Positions 13,101 through 24,750 of a DNA stretch of 64,000 bases are shown here, one piece after another; within the stretch, counting starts at the first letter, position 1, and every line of letters starts with the position of its first letter. The notes beneath the pieces are model-generated. The model did no database searches. It was not told the DNA's origin and saw nothing but the letters and a program-made list of their open reading frames with translations. The translations under genes were made by a program, and so were the position numbers. This stretch comes from Camelus dromedarius (lineage: Eukaryota), in the NCBI RefSeq assembly GCF_036321535.1, contig NC_087453.1, forward strand, positions 372,001 through 436,000, read 5' to 3'.

Positions 13101-16100
13101 CAAAGTGGTAGCCTCGTAAGTTTATAAACGGAAAAACAAAAGTCCGTGTTTGACTCCATTTCTGAAATGCACTTGAAGTGCAGCGTCTTGAGAAATTACA
13201 ATCAGAGGAAGAATAAAAATCCAGGACTGTTCCAGCTGAAAGACTCGCACGCCCTCCCGCAGAGCCCCCTGTGCTCACCGGCAGCCTGCAGCCGCCTTTC
13301 GTCCACTAGCCTTTTCTGGAGTCCTGGGTGTGATCATGAAGTTGCTCTGGAACGTCACTGGCCAGCGACGTTTACCACAGCCCTGCTTCCCCGCAGTGCA
13401 AGGCGGAGGCCTGCTTCCTCTGGGCCGGCTTTGCTGAGCGGTGTTCTTGCGGATGCATTTCTGTAAAATTGTACCCCAGTGTGACTGAGCTTCGTGTTTT
13501 GAATACACTGGTGCCAGCCTCTCACCTGGCTTCCTGATTATCAAGGTTGCTGTTCACCCTGGAAGCTTGATTCCAGACAAAAAGGATTCTGTTTTTAGGG
13601 CAGATTGGGGAGAGTGTTTCAATTTAATATTTGTGCTTTTTCATTTGTTTTGATCGCTCTCTCACTTTATGAATTTGTAAGGCTTTGTTAGTGTTTATGA
13701 GAATCGGTACTGTTCATGGTAGGTAGCACGGTGCCTCCCACCTAAAGGATCACACGCGTGTTTTAACTTCTGGAACCTGTGAATGTGACCCTATTACAGA
13801 CATAATTAAATTAAGGACCACAAGATGAGATCATCTTGAAATATCCAAGTTGGCCCTAAATCCAGTGATGAATATCCTTAAAAGAGACAGAAGAGGAGAG
13901 ACACAGACACAGGGAGAAGCCACGTGGAGACGGAGGCAGAGACGGGAAGGAGGCAGCCACCAGCCCAGGGACGCCTGGAGCCCCCAGAAGCTGGAAGAGG
14001 CAGGAAGGTCCCCCCACTGGAGCCTCCGGAGGGAGTGCGGCCCCGAGACAGCTTGATCTCAGACGTCTGGTCTCCAGGACTGGACGAGGATCGGTTTCTG
14101 TTGCTTTAAGCTGCCCAGTTTGTGGTATTTGTTAGAGGAGCAACAGAGACTCATAACGCATGAAGGAAACAGCAAAGTGCGTCATCACGGGGCGAGTTCA
14201 GAAGGCGTGTCCTAAGCGGGCCGCCTGCAGCGGGGTGGCCTGCAGAGGCGCAGGACGGAGGGGGGTCCCTGATGGCGCATCAGTCTCTGGTCTGTGCACC
14301 CTGAATTGTTGTTCTAGGGGAAAACCCAGCACCTTAGTACAGAGATAAGTTCTTTCTTAAACATGTAGGTCTGAGTTATTAAACACAGGCTAGAATAATC
14401 GTTCAAGTTTAAATTGCTGTGTGAATAGAAGCAGAATAGAAGCAGTGGCTAACTGTATCCTCAGAAAGGCTGTTTTAAATACAATAACCTAAAAGCTCAC
14501 CTCCCTGCTCTCCTTTTCCACCCCAGCATAGGTGGCACCCTTGCTGTACTCTGTGATGACACGAAAATCGAGGTCTCGTGCTGAGGGAACCCGTGGGGAC
14601 GCGGGCAGCACCATTGCGGCCTCGCTGATGGGCAGCCGGGTGGGCCCAGTGGTCCGAGGGATGAGGCAAAGAGCAGGAGGTGCTCCTCCGTGAGGCAGGC
14701 TGCTGGGCGTGGTGAGCCCGGCCCAGCTCCCAGAGGGGGTCCCGCACTGGACATGCCGGGCTGGGTGCCTGTCCCTCCTTCCCGGCTCGGCACCCTCTGC
14801 GGGACCCCCTGGCTGGGGGGGCCCTCCGTCGGGGCGTGGGAGCCCTGCTTGGGGAGGGCTGGCTCCTCACCCACGGCAGAGCTGCTGGACGCTCTGCTTG
14901 CCTCCCCGGCCTGCCGGCTGAGTCTGCAGGGTGCAGTGCTGCTGGCGGTGTGGCCGTGGTCTGTGTCCCCCGTGCCCTCAGGAGGCTGAGAGCGCGGCGC
15001 ACGGGCCTGCTTGGCGCGAGACTCAGGGTCTATCTCTGAGTGCAGATGTTCTCCCGTGGGGACCTTACGGAGCATCATTCATAGGGTAGAAAACCTAGAC
15101 AACATACACGTTCTACAGGAGGATTTCTGTCTAATCAAATATGACACACTCACACATTTAAGAACTTACAGATAAAAATCATGGCGTGAAAGGTGGTCTC
15201 AGCATGGTACGTGGTGGACCGTGGCTACTGTGTGTGATGGGACACGGGGACTGTCCCCGTCTCCTGCTTCGTGTGCCTTCCCCGGGAGGCGCCAGCCCTC
15301 CCACCCCAGCTCCCAGCCACACGCGCTCACACACGCTCCTGCATGTACCAAAATGCCTCGCCTCTTAGGAAAGTGCCTGGTGACCGTTCCCAGGCGTTTG
15401 GCACGGAAACCGTGAGGGGGGTGGACGGGTGGCTGGGCCCAGGGCAGCGCCACGTATCAGCTATGATGCCGTCCACACAGCCCTGTCCTGGGGCCGTGAT
15501 GGCCTCAGCTGGGGCAGACGTCAGGCCTGAGCAGGTACAGGGTCACCTGGGGTGGTGTCCCCCCGCTACGGCCTGGCATTTGTGGGGTGCAGGAGGTCCC
15601 AGAGTAAGGAGCTCTCAGGTCCAGGAGAGCGGACAGGCTCCTGGCAGACCCACAGATGGCCTCGCTGACCTGTGTTCTGGAAGATAAAGAAATCTGGTTG
15701 CTTGATGCATGGACCCACTTTACGATGTCTCAGGAGAGGCTGCACAGCTTGTTTAAGGAATCAGAGAAAATGTTCCGCTCGGTGTTTTCCCACACTCCAG
15801 TGGGCGTGCTTCAGGAACGGAGCTGCAGAGCCGGCGCAGCCACACGTGTGCAGGGGCCTGGCGTCCAGGCCACAGTGCTCAGGGTCACCGCGCTGGGCCG
15901 CCCAGTTGGTGCCATTTCAGTGGTGACGTGCCCATGGCTGGGGGTCCGAGCAGCAGGATGGGTGGGGGCCCAGGCGGCACACTTCAGAGAGATGGTGGCG
16001 AGGGTCCCTGCCTCTGTGTGACCCGGGGTCCGGGGTGCAGGGCTCTTAAGCTGTCTGGTCTTCTTGCAGCAGACTGGCTGGCTCCCACCAGCGAGGAGGG

Positions 16101-18334
16101 CCGGCTTCTGGTCAGCTTCCCGGCCTCTCCCCACTCCTGTGGGCAGCGTGACACTGTGGCCTTTGTTTTCTCATCTGCTTCCCTCTTGGCATCTGCAGGG
16201 GTGGCTGTGATGGAGGCCGGAGCCTGCTGTGCCTGGATGCTCGGTAGGGGTCTGATCAGGGTCCCGCTCCTGCTGGTTAGGGTTGGTTCCACCAGCCTGC
16301 CTTTGGCCCGGCCGTCGGGACCCTGGGTCTGTCCCCTGGGTGCCGGTGCCACTGCACAGCTGGCGGGTGTCCGCTGTGGCCATCCAGGTTGTGGGCGGCG
16401 TGAGCGCCAGGAAGCTGCTCCCAGACGCTGGAGACCAGACGGCTGCCCCAGGCTTCTCCCGTGGGAGGAAATGCCGCCCAGCACTTGGGCTGCTCCCAGC
16501 AACCCCAGTGAGCCTGGGGTGAGGGGGCCTGGGGCCTGGGCACAGGGCAGATGCCCCCGACGCCAGAGGGGGTGGCTGTGGCGTCACTCGGGGTGAGCTG
16601 CCTCTGTGCCCGGTGGGGGGCCTTGCACGGCAGGACTGACACCGGGGACCCCGACTTCTAACTCCCCTCATGAGGGGAGGGAGAGTGGGGATGACCCACA
16701 CCCTGCGGCAGAGGTTCACTGTGCCTTTGGGGCTGGCCGGCCTCTTGTTGGGCTGTGTCCACCAGGCAGCAGCTCTGCTCTGGGTAAAGCCACCAGCCTG
16801 CGGACGTGAACGTGAGGACGTGCGGGCGTGAGACGTGTCGATGGGGCGGCGGCCCCGCTGGCTCCTGCCCGTGTCCGTGCTGGCGTTCCTGCCGGGACTC
16901 CGTGTGTGGACTCTGTGTTTTGGGGGCTGATGCGGGAGATGCTAGCTGACCTGAGAAGTGTTCTTAGAAAGTGGGGGCCGTCACCTCTGGCCTGGGGCCC
17001 CGGCCTGTCCCGCAGCTCCGGACATCAGCCCTGCAGGGACGCCCAAGCCCCGAGTGGAGACTGGGCTCCAGGGCAGGGGTCCGAGTGGGTTGTGGGGGTC
17101 GGCGGGCGCACAGCGCCGGGCTCACCACCGTCTGTTGTCTTCCAGTCAACGAGTTTGCGGTGATCAGGAAGAAGTTCAAGTGCCCGTACTGCAGCTTCTC
17201 GGCCATGCACCAGTGCATCCTCAAGAGGCACATGCGCTCCCACACCGGCGAGCGGCCCTACCCCTGCGAGATCTGCGGGAAGAAGTTCACCAGGCGCGAG
17301 CACATGAAGCGGCACACGCTGGTGAGCGGGCGGCGGGGCGGCGGGTCGAGTCCAGGGCAGTCCTCGCAGGCCCTGGGCCTAGAGGAGGGAGGCAGCACTG
17401 GTCACTCTAGGAAGCGGGTTCACAGCTGTAGGAGGAGCACTGAAGCGGCAGTCGGAGTCCCCCTTGGCGAGCCCCCGGCCCTCCTGCCCAGGTCCGCACT
17501 TGGCCCAGCTCCCAGACGCCCTGACCGGATTTCTCAGGAGACAGGTGCCTCGAGTCATTGCCGGTCACCGCTGTCCTGGGGCTCCCATCACCCGGCCTCC
17601 AAACCACCTGGCCCCCTCAGGCCTCCAGGCCCTAGCCAGCAGCTGTGGGAGCTCCTCCCCTCAGAGGGCAGAGTTCAGAGATCATTGCTCAGCATCTGCA
17701 GAGAAGTGTAGGGAGCGAGGCAGAGGAGACAGCATGACCCTCAAGCAGACCTGAGCTCCGGACAGACCAGCCCCGATGAGGGGAGGGACACAGCCCGCCG
17801 ACTGCCCACGCCCTTCTGGACAGGGATGAGTGTTGGTGGCACCTGCAGTTCTGTGTGTGCAGTGGTCCCAGACAGAGTCAGGGGCCTGAGCAGGCCTGTT
17901 GCCTGCCGTCCGCCTGCACTGACCACCCTCCCCCGGCACTGACCATCCTCTCCCCGCAGGTCCACAGCAAGGACAAGAAGTACGTGTGTAAACTGTGCAG
18001 CCGCGTGTTCATGTCGGCCGCCAGCGTGGGCATCAAGCATGGCTCGCGGCGCCACGGTGTGTGCGCAGACTGCGCGGGTCGCAGCGGGGCCGGGCCCCTG
18101 GACGGCAGGGGCGCCGAGGGCTCCCCTGAGCTGTTCGCTGGCGATGGGCCGTACCTGGAGGACCCCGAGGACCCGCGCGGCGAGGGTGAGGAGGAGCTGG
18201 GCGAGGATGAGGACGACGTGGGCCTGGCCCACGAGGACGCGCTGTTGGGGGACGACAAGGAGGACGAGGACTCGCCACGGGGGCCCCACAGCCCTGCGGG
18301 GGGCGGCGACAAGGACTTCACCTGGATCTCCTAG
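874..18334 (+). CDS. ZBTB46: ZBTB46 (BTB-zinc finger transcription factor), 3' part: join(874..1158,17146..17321,17960..18334); upstream exons lie outside the window
   Basis: Spliced translation reads ...[14 protein letters not shown]...[73 protein letters not shown]...DKDFTWIS*. It has two C2H2 fingers, GT-AG junctions with consistent phases, and matches human ZBTB46 as recalled. Confidence 0.97.
2335..2465 (+). mobile_element. MIR SINE remnant
   Basis: Degenerate MIR core: gggcctcactatttgcatctgagaaatgggaata...ggttgtgaatttaaat. Confidence 0.55.
5843..5886. repeat. 19-bp tandem repeat, 2.3 copies
   Basis: GGCCGGACGGAGCCCAGGG twice, followed by GGCCGG. Confidence 0.9.
6350..6558 (+). repeat. 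Dispersed direct repeat, copy 1 (~209 bp)
   Basis: About 93% identical to 7651-7858 by manual alignment. Confidence 0.95.
7651..7858 (+). repeat. Dispersed direct repeat, copy 2 (~208 bp)
   Basis: About 93% identical to 6350-6558 by manual alignment. Confidence 0.95.
8215..8600 (+). mobile_element. L1 3' fragment
   Basis: gaatggataaagaaaa...ataaaaaagaacgacatcctgcc...aagtcagacagaggacgacaaatac...gaatctgaa is typical of the L1 ORF2 end and 3' UTR. Confidence 0.8.
9298..9415. repeat. Degenerate (CA/TA)n purine-pyrimidine tract
   Basis: acacacatagacacacatacacac...catgcacacac. Confidence 0.85.
9800..13080 (+). mobile_element. Degraded ancient L1 (ORF1, ORF2 endonuclease and 3' end pieces)
   Basis: ORF1-like peptides FKE...[16 protein letters not shown] and LLKTKDK; endonuclease-like ccagatagac...aaaggatgaaatc at ~11480-11580; ORF2 end gagcacttcactgaagagg at ~12475; 3' UTR end at ~13000-13070. 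Confidence 0.7.
11006..11131 (+). mobile_element. tRNA-derived SINE (vic-1-like) with a 14-bp target-site duplication
   Basis: tRNA-like head gtagctccgtgatgg...gggtgcagtccccagcgcctcc, tail cctaattacctcccccaccaaaa; TSD AAGAGAAACCAAGG at 10992-11005 and 11132-11145. Confidence 0.85.
13715..14155 (+). mobile_element. MLT1 (ERVL-MaLR) solo LTR
   Basis: ggaacctgtgaatgtgacc...ggccctaaatccagtga...ggaggcagag...agaagctggaagaggcagga...ttgctttaagctgcccagtttgtggtatttgtt. Confidence 0.9.
17146..17321 (+). CDS. ZBTB46: ZBTB46 zinc-finger exon
   Basis: Acceptor tcttccag and donor GTGAGC; 176 nt; encodes CPYC..H..H and CEIC..H with a TGERP linker. Confidence 0.97.
17960..18334 (+). CDS. ZBTB46: ZBTB46 terminal coding exon
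   Basis: Acceptor ccccgcag; [13 protein letters not shown] followed by an acidic tail; TAG at 18332-18334. Confidence 0.96.
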   Translation, partial: VHSKDKKYVCKLCSRVFMSAASVGIKHGSRRHGVCADCAGRSGAGPLDGRGAEGSPELFAGDGPYLEDPEDPRGEGEEELGEDEDDVGLAHEDALLGDDKEDEDSPRGPHSPAGGGDKDFTWIS

Positions 18335-21068
18335 GCTGGGGCTGGGGCCTCCTGTCTGCCTCCGCCGCTGGCGTGTGTGCCCCACCCCCGACGTGCGCAG
18401 ACGCCAGCCCGTGGGTTCAGAAGTGAGTGGGGCTCCAGCAGAGCGCGGAGCTGGGGCGTGGGGGCAGCCAGGGAGCTGTGTGGTCTCCACAGCAGGTGGG
18501 AGTGGTGGGCAATGGGGGAGCCCATGGTCTGGGCTCCGGTGCACTGTGGCCTGAGGCCAGGAAAGGGTGGACACCGCTGGGCTCCCAGGTGCGTCCCCGG
18601 GGGCCCAGGTCCAGGAGCTGCAGACCTGGCACCGTGTCCACCCTCCCCCTTCTTCCCCTCCGCCTCTGCAGCCTGGTCACTGCCTGCGGCCGCTGCACCC
18701 CAGGCCACTGGCTCTGCGGCCACCCTGCAGGGTCCGGGTCCAGGTCCCGTGTCCGGAAAGCCCCGCGGCCCCCCTGCCTCCGGGCTCTGGTGCTGAACGC
18801 GGGGCAGCTGCTGACCGCGGGCCGGGCTCCCAGGTGCTATCTTCCGCGGGGCGGCGGCGGGGCCGGGTGCTCCCGCTGCAGGGCCTGCTCCACGTTCTGC
18901 GTGCACTTCTCAGGGCCCGGGCCGTCTGCCGCCCAGGCCCGTCCTGCTGACCCTCCCGGCGGGCTTGCCTTCGTTGCTGCTAACACTGGAGGGTGTCCCG
19001 CTGCCGCGCCCCTCCCCGCGTGGGTAACCAGACTGCCTAAGTCCTAAGGTAGCAGGTAATCGCGTGAAATGGTTCTGTTCAGCATCATCCTTCTCACCTG
19101 ACGAAGCCTGCGGGCTGTCTTTCCTTTGGCGTTTCCAGGTCTTGCTCGCGACCTGTCTGCGCTCTTTTCTGAGCTGCCAAGGCCCTGCGTTGTGCTGTGA
19201 GGACGTCTCCCTCCCAGGTTGCAGGGCCCAGACCCGTCTGTCTTCCTTCCCGCGGGTCCTGACCAGGCCCACGACACAGACATTCCGTGCCTCCCAGCTC
19301 GCTCCTCCTGTTGTGGGCCGTCTGTCTGTCAGTGCAGGACCGCTTGGGTGCTGAGCTGGGGCGCCACAGGCGGCGCTGGGCTTTTCCACTCGTTTCCCAC
19401 AGCCGTCAGCCCCGCGGTTTTCCAGGCGGAGAAAGGAAAACCCCGCAGACCGTCTGGGGCCAGTGGTGGCGACTGGAGCACAGCCTCCGGCCTGCTGGGG
19501 TTGGGGGGCGGCTGGCCAAGGGTGCTGACCTGAAGTCTTGCCCAGGGGAGAAGTCACAGCTTTGTTTTTGTTTTAGATACCATCCGTAGAAGAGGGCTGC
19601 GCTCCACCCCCCTCAGCTGGGGAAGCTGTGAGCTCAAGGCTGGCGCGGGGGCTGGGGGAGGGGGGGGTCCGGTGCTGGGGGCTCCGGTCCCCTTCTGCCT
19701 TTCACAGCGAGGCCTGGCTGAGCCTGTCAGCAGGGCGCTCACCCGTGTCCCTTTCCCCAACTTTCTAACCCTTTTATAAACAGACTTCCTTTCTTATAAA
19801 ACGCATTTGGAAACCAGACCTTTGCTACAAAGTGTCTCTGGGTTTGGTCCCGGGCCCACCTCTCAGGCCGTCCTGCCCACGACCCGGGCCACCTCTGCCC
19901 TGCACTCAGGACTCCCGCTCTCCGCCCTGCTCGCTACCCGCGCGGGACCACCCTTGCTGCCCTGTCCCCTTTCCGGGGTGTCGCCGTCAGTGCCACCAGG
20001 GCATTTTCTTCCCTGAAACAGTACTTTCCAGGAAGACTGAGGGTCCCACTTCCTGCCCCCGAGCCCCCAGTGTTGTTTATTCTCGTGTGCGGTAAACTCA
20101 GTGCTGAATTTCAGAGATGAGACGAACACATAGCCTCTCAGGAGGCATGGAGGGAAAAGACGTGTAATGGTTTTTTTTACGTGATTTTTTTCCCCCAAAA
20201 TCAATGTTTAAACTAATAAATATTTTTTTATGAAGAGGAAAAAGACGTGCAGATTACATTTCACATTTTGTACTTTTTCGTTTGTGTGTGTCTGTACTTG
20301 GCATTGGCAACGCCGTGGAACACAGTCCGTCAGGTGGCAGGGTCTTTGCGGGTGGGGTGGGGGGCCGGGAAACCAAGACTTCTGTATCAAACTCCGGATC
20401 CTGACCAGGCTGTAGGTTTGGACTCTGGTCTGGGGGACAGTCACAACACTGCCAGGACTCGATAGGGACCTCTGCTCAAGACACAGCTACTGCTTCCAAC
20501 TTTGCACATCTTCCTTTTAAAAAGAAAACCCTGAGAAAATGCAAAAACTGGAACTTTTTGCAATATTATGAAAGATAATATTATTTTCGCTTATTCTGTG
20601 ACATGTGCAACTCTTAAGAAAGCCATACTTAATGGTGTTTCTGTTTTTTAGACCCTATGTTGTGTTTTCGTGTGCGGCCCTTTTTAGAACTACTTGTAGT
20701 GAGGGCGCTGTGTGCTTCTCTTAAATATTTATTTTTTCAACATGCTTTCAACCTGTCAACAAAGACAAAACAGACAAAAAACAGGCAGTGTTTGAAGACT
20801 GTTGACTTTTTTTCTGGGGATAATCTATATTATACCGACTTTTATTAATTATTACAAACCTGTGTTTGTGCTGGAGACGTGTTTATTACTTGGGGGAGTT
20901 TTTCGTAATCAGTCGATGGGATATCACAGCTCTGTTGTCTGCTCCCTGTGCCGCTGACAGGTAAACAGTACTTCGCCTAGTGGTCTTGAGATTTCTTGTC
21001 TGCCTGGGCGCACTCTGGGCCTTTCTGTGACGGGATTAGCTAGACATTCTTGCAAAGCGATCACTTTC

Positions 21069-21074
21069 AATAAA
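21069..21074 (+). terminator. ZBTB46: Candidate ZBTB46 polyadenylation signal AATAAA (alternative at 20215-20220)
   Basis: AATAAA at the end of a long AU-rich 3' UTR, just before the convergent SLC2A4RG 3' end. Confidence 0.5.
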
Positions 21075-21295
21075 TTGGGAAATTGCTGCTTGAGTAGATG
21101 CCTCGTGTGTGTTTCAGACAGTGTCCCCTCCTCCAGCCTCACCTGGGTCCAGGTGGCCAGTGACGCCCACCCCCAGGCAGCCTGGTTGCTGGCCTCCTGC
21201 CTGCCCACCCCACTGCTCCTGCCCACGGCAGGACCCCAGTTCCATGTCCTCCCCAACCCAGGAGGCAGAAACAGCTTTTGGAAAAACCCCAAATC

Positions 21296-21301
21296 TTTAA
21301 T
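21296..21301 (-). terminator. SLC2A4RG: Candidate SLC2A4RG polyadenylation signal ATTAAA
   Basis: tttaat on the + strand, about 370 nt downstream of the stop codon. Confidence 0.5.
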
Positions 21302-21665
21302 TTTTCTTCTCGCCTGGTCTGGCCCAGACTCGAGACACCTGAGCTTTGAAAACACGGTACAAATGTCCATCCCAGGCCCTCAAATGGTCAGGTTAAGTGC
21401 AGGTGGGGGAGCCCCCTCCCCAACACCCCCTCAAAGTGCATTGAGGACTGGGCCCCATGTGGCCACAAAGCTGGGCTCATCACACCCCTGACAGGTCCAG
21501 GGCCGACAGGCAGGGGTGGCCACCCCTGGGGATCCCGGGCCAAGGGGACAGCTGTGAGGTTTCGCTTTAGTGCAAAAGGCTGGTTTCTTCAGAGGCACTT
21601 TGAACAGTGGGGGCCCCCCTAGTTAGAAAACCCTGCGGCTAGGAGAGGCCTCGGTGTGGGAGGGC

Positions 21666-21777
21666 TCAGTCCAGGAAGCGCTGGCAGGCCTTCTTCCAGC
21701 GGCAGGCTGTGCACCACAGGTCCCGACGGTCCATGCCGTACACCTTCCGGCACTTCTTGGCATCACCTCGGGGCTTC
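21666..21777 (-). CDS. SLC2A4RG: SLC2A4RG exon 8 (C-clamp)
   Basis: [15 protein letters not shown]...CQRFLD*. Confidence 0.96.
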
Positions 21778-24750
21778 CTGGGGGGACACACGAGGCCATG
21801 GGTGCTGCTGGGCTGGGACCCTCCCTGCCTGGTGCCTGCCCCAGCCCCTCTACACACACGCACCTTAGACTGGCACCAAGCTTGGCGGGCAGGGCTGGGG
21901 TGGGCTGTGGCTCCAGGAGGGTGGGTGCCTGGCAGCCCTGAGAGGAGACACAGCTGTGGCCTTACACCCCTCCGGAGCACCCCAAGACCCGGACCCAGCA
22001 GCTGCCAGTGGCCTCACCTACCTGGTAGGCATGGTCACGGTGGCACACCTGGGGGGACGCTGCGGAGCTCAGCACTGGGGGTGGGGGCAGGGACAGTGGG
22101 TGCAGCAGAGTGGGCAGGGCTGGGGGCTCCGGGGGCTCCAGCAGCTCCAGGCGGGGGAAGGAGGGTGGCACGGAGGCCGTGGGGGACCCGGGGGTCAGGC
22201 TGAACAGCCCCTCGGTCAGCGAGTCCATGCTGACGTCCAGCTCTGTGTAGTAGAAGTCCTCCTCGCCATCACTCTGCTCGGGCTCGGCCTGCCGCCTGCT
22301 GGGGGCGCGGTGGGTGGAGCTGAAGCGGAACCCAGTCTGGCCGCCCCCCCCACCCCCCACCGCTGGCCCCACCGCACCCCAGGTGCACCAGGCGGATGTG
22401 TCTCTGCATCCCAGAGGCCGTGCTCAGCACCTTCCCGCAGCGCTTCCACAGACACTGGAACAGGACCTGCAGCGAGCTCTGGGTGACAATGGCCAGGGGT
22501 CAGGCTCGGCCACCTGTGTCCATCCTGCCCAGTGGGCTGTCCTCAGGCTCACCTTCCTCTTCCTCAGGGCGGGCTCCCCGAACAGGAAGTGGGCTGCCTC
22601 AGGAGGCAGCGGGGGCGACGGTGTAGATGGAGAGGACTGGTCACTGGCCACGTCCCAGCCCCAGTCCCCGCTGCTGCAGCTGCTCAGTGGCCGCACCAGG
22701 GCCTCCTTCCAGGGCTCCAAGCTGGGCTCTGCGGGGACATACCAGTGCCACTGTTGGCACTTTCGGTGGGCTCAGGCTGCTTTGCAGAAACTGGCTTCGA
22801 GGCCCTTAACTCGGAGCCTCCACCTGTTCACCTGTTCTCAGGTAAGCTTGGTGGGAAAGGACCTCTTGGAAGAGGCAGTGGTCAGGAGTTGGCTACAGTA
22901 GGAGCTGACTAGCCTCTCCAGCACATGGAAGGAAAAACAGAAGAGTCCCGTGTGGGCAGACGCCTAGCCAGCCAGGAGATGGACAGGTCACAGAGGCCTG
23001 CGGGCCTGGGCACTGCAGCTTGGGCCTCGGTGAGGGGCAGAGGGGGTCCTGAGGTACATTTTAGGCCTCAAGAGGTGCATTTAGAAGATGGTGTTCCAGG
23101 ACAGGGGACCTCTGCTTACTGCACAGGGGCTTGGAGGCTTGTAGGGTACTGGAGGGACAGTGGTCCTGGGCCCTGCCACCACCCCCACCCCAAGCCAGGC
23201 TTCTAAGTCTCACCTGTGCTGAAGGCTACAGCTGGGGCCCCCAGCAGGAGGGGGCTGGTGGACAGGCTTGTGAGGGCTGCGGCAGCCATGACCTCATCGG
23301 GCTGGGCCTTTCCTCGGGGGGCTCTGGAGGAGATGGGGGCGGGGTGCAGGTGGGGCCCAGGAAGTACTTCAGGCCCCTCCCATGGCCCAGTACACGTGCA
23401 GGCCTGGGCACGTGTGTGCACCAGACTCCCTCACTCCAGGAGCTGGGCAGGAGGCCCAGCCCCACCCCCAGCTCAGGTGGCCAAGCCCCAGATCTCCAGG
23501 AACCACCAAGAACTGGCCTGGGCAGGGGTCCTCCCTCAGCCTGACTTCTCTGCAGCCTGGGCTTTGTTCCAGGTGGTGTCTTCAGACCCTGGTGCTGGAC
23601 AGGGGTCTGAGGCCCCGCTGGTGGGGCCAGCCCAGGCCAGGTCCAGCCCTCCCCCAATCACACATTAACCAGGGTTGTGCAACAGCAGCTGTGGGCCTAG
23701 TGCCAGGCCTGGGAGGGCGGGAGCAGCCAGCAGTCAGCAGCAGCCAGGGGAGACTGGGCTCCAAGCACAAGCCGGGCCCCAGGCCCCAGCCGGCCAGACC
23801 AGAGCCCGCCCCTGCCTGCGCAGTCAGCGAGGGTGTCAGGCACCCTGGAGGGTTTCACAGCTTGCAGAGCTGGGGAGATGGCCACCAGGGGCCCGGGATT
23901 CCTGGATAGTCGCTTCCACACCGGCCCGCAGCCTCTTCTGCACAGAGACAGACAACCGCTCCCTCCTAGTTCTGCGCACTCGCCCCCAGGGTTTGGGGGG
24001 AACGAGGCCTACTACACATTGGTCATTTCTGATCAACTCCTCCAAGTTGGGAGGTGGGAGCAGAAACCCAGGTCAGGACGCTGACCTGCCCTCCACCGAG
24101 GCCCTCTACGGGGGTGGGGTCGGGAAGGCTCCTGCCCGTGCCCCACCCACCACCCCTGCACACGTGGGCGCACGTGTGCACACGCCCCCCTCGGCCCGGC
24201 TCGCGGGCCCCGGCTCACCTATGCACTGGCACCGGGACGTGCGCCAAAGGCGCCCGGGGCCCCGCAGCCCCCGCCCCCGCCCCCGGGGCCCCGAGGTCCG
24301 CGGCCCGCGGCTCCGGCTCCTGAGGCAGCGCGAACTCCACAGCAGGGCCCTGCGGACGCGGGCGGCTCAGCCGGGACAGCGGCCGGGTCCCCAACCCCGC
24401 CGCCACCCCAACTCGCTGGCGCCCGCCCCCAAACCGGCTGTGGCCGGTGCGGCCCCGCCTCCGGCCCCGCCCCCGGCTGCGGCGGCGGGAAGCGCTCCGG
24501 GCGCCGGCCCAGCCCCGCCGGCCCCACGGACACGCGCGAAGACGTGCCGCCCTCGCTCGCCCCGCCCGGGGGCCCAAAGTTCGTGCAGCCCGACGCCATC
24601 TTCGCAGCGGCAACTTTGCCGGTGCCCCACGCCCGGTACCTGCGGCGGCGCGGGCACCGACACGAGCGTGGCCGCGGGGTCCCGGCCGGCGGCGCGGGGC
24701 GGGGGACCCCCGCAGCCCGGGCCGGGCGCCGGGGGACGCTTGGCCTCCAT
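21666..24750 (-). CDS. SLC2A4RG: SLC2A4RG (GLUT4 enhancer factor / HDBP1), ~362 aa: complement(join(21666..21777,21864..21937,22022..22295,22378..22478,22553..22728,23214..23323,24219..24349,24640..24750))
   Basis: Eight phase-consistent exons totalling 1089 nt. Contains [16 protein letters not shown], the C2H2 finger [37 protein letters not shown] and the C-clamp [30 protein letters not shown]. Confidence 0.95.
21864..21937 (-). CDS. SLC2A4RG: SLC2A4RG exon 7
   Basis: [13 protein letters not shown]...GASL; phases fit both neighbouring exons. Confidence 0.88.
22022..22295 (-). CDS. SLC2A4RG: SLC2A4RG exon 6
   Basis: [19 protein letters not shown]; NAGNAG acceptor with an alternative start at 22298. 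Confidence 0.93.
22378..22478 (-). CDS. SLC2A4RG: SLC2A4RG exon 5 (C2H2 finger)
   Basis: [29 protein letters not shown]; 101 nt. Confidence 0.95.
22553..22728 (-). CDS. SLC2A4RG: SLC2A4RG exon 4
   Basis: [10 protein letters not shown]...[13 protein letters not shown]. Confidence 0.95.
23214..23323 (-). CDS. SLC2A4RG: SLC2A4RG exon 3
   Basis: [20 protein letters not shown]; 110 nt. Confidence 0.95.
24219..24349 (-). CDS. SLC2A4RG: SLC2A4RG exon 2
   Basis: [22 protein letters not shown]; flanked by AG and GTGAG. Confidence 0.88.
24640..24750 (-). CDS. SLC2A4RG: SLC2A4RG exon 1
   Basis: ATG at 24750 (MEAKRPP...RAAGRDP...PAPPQ); donor GTACCG. Confidence 0.8.
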
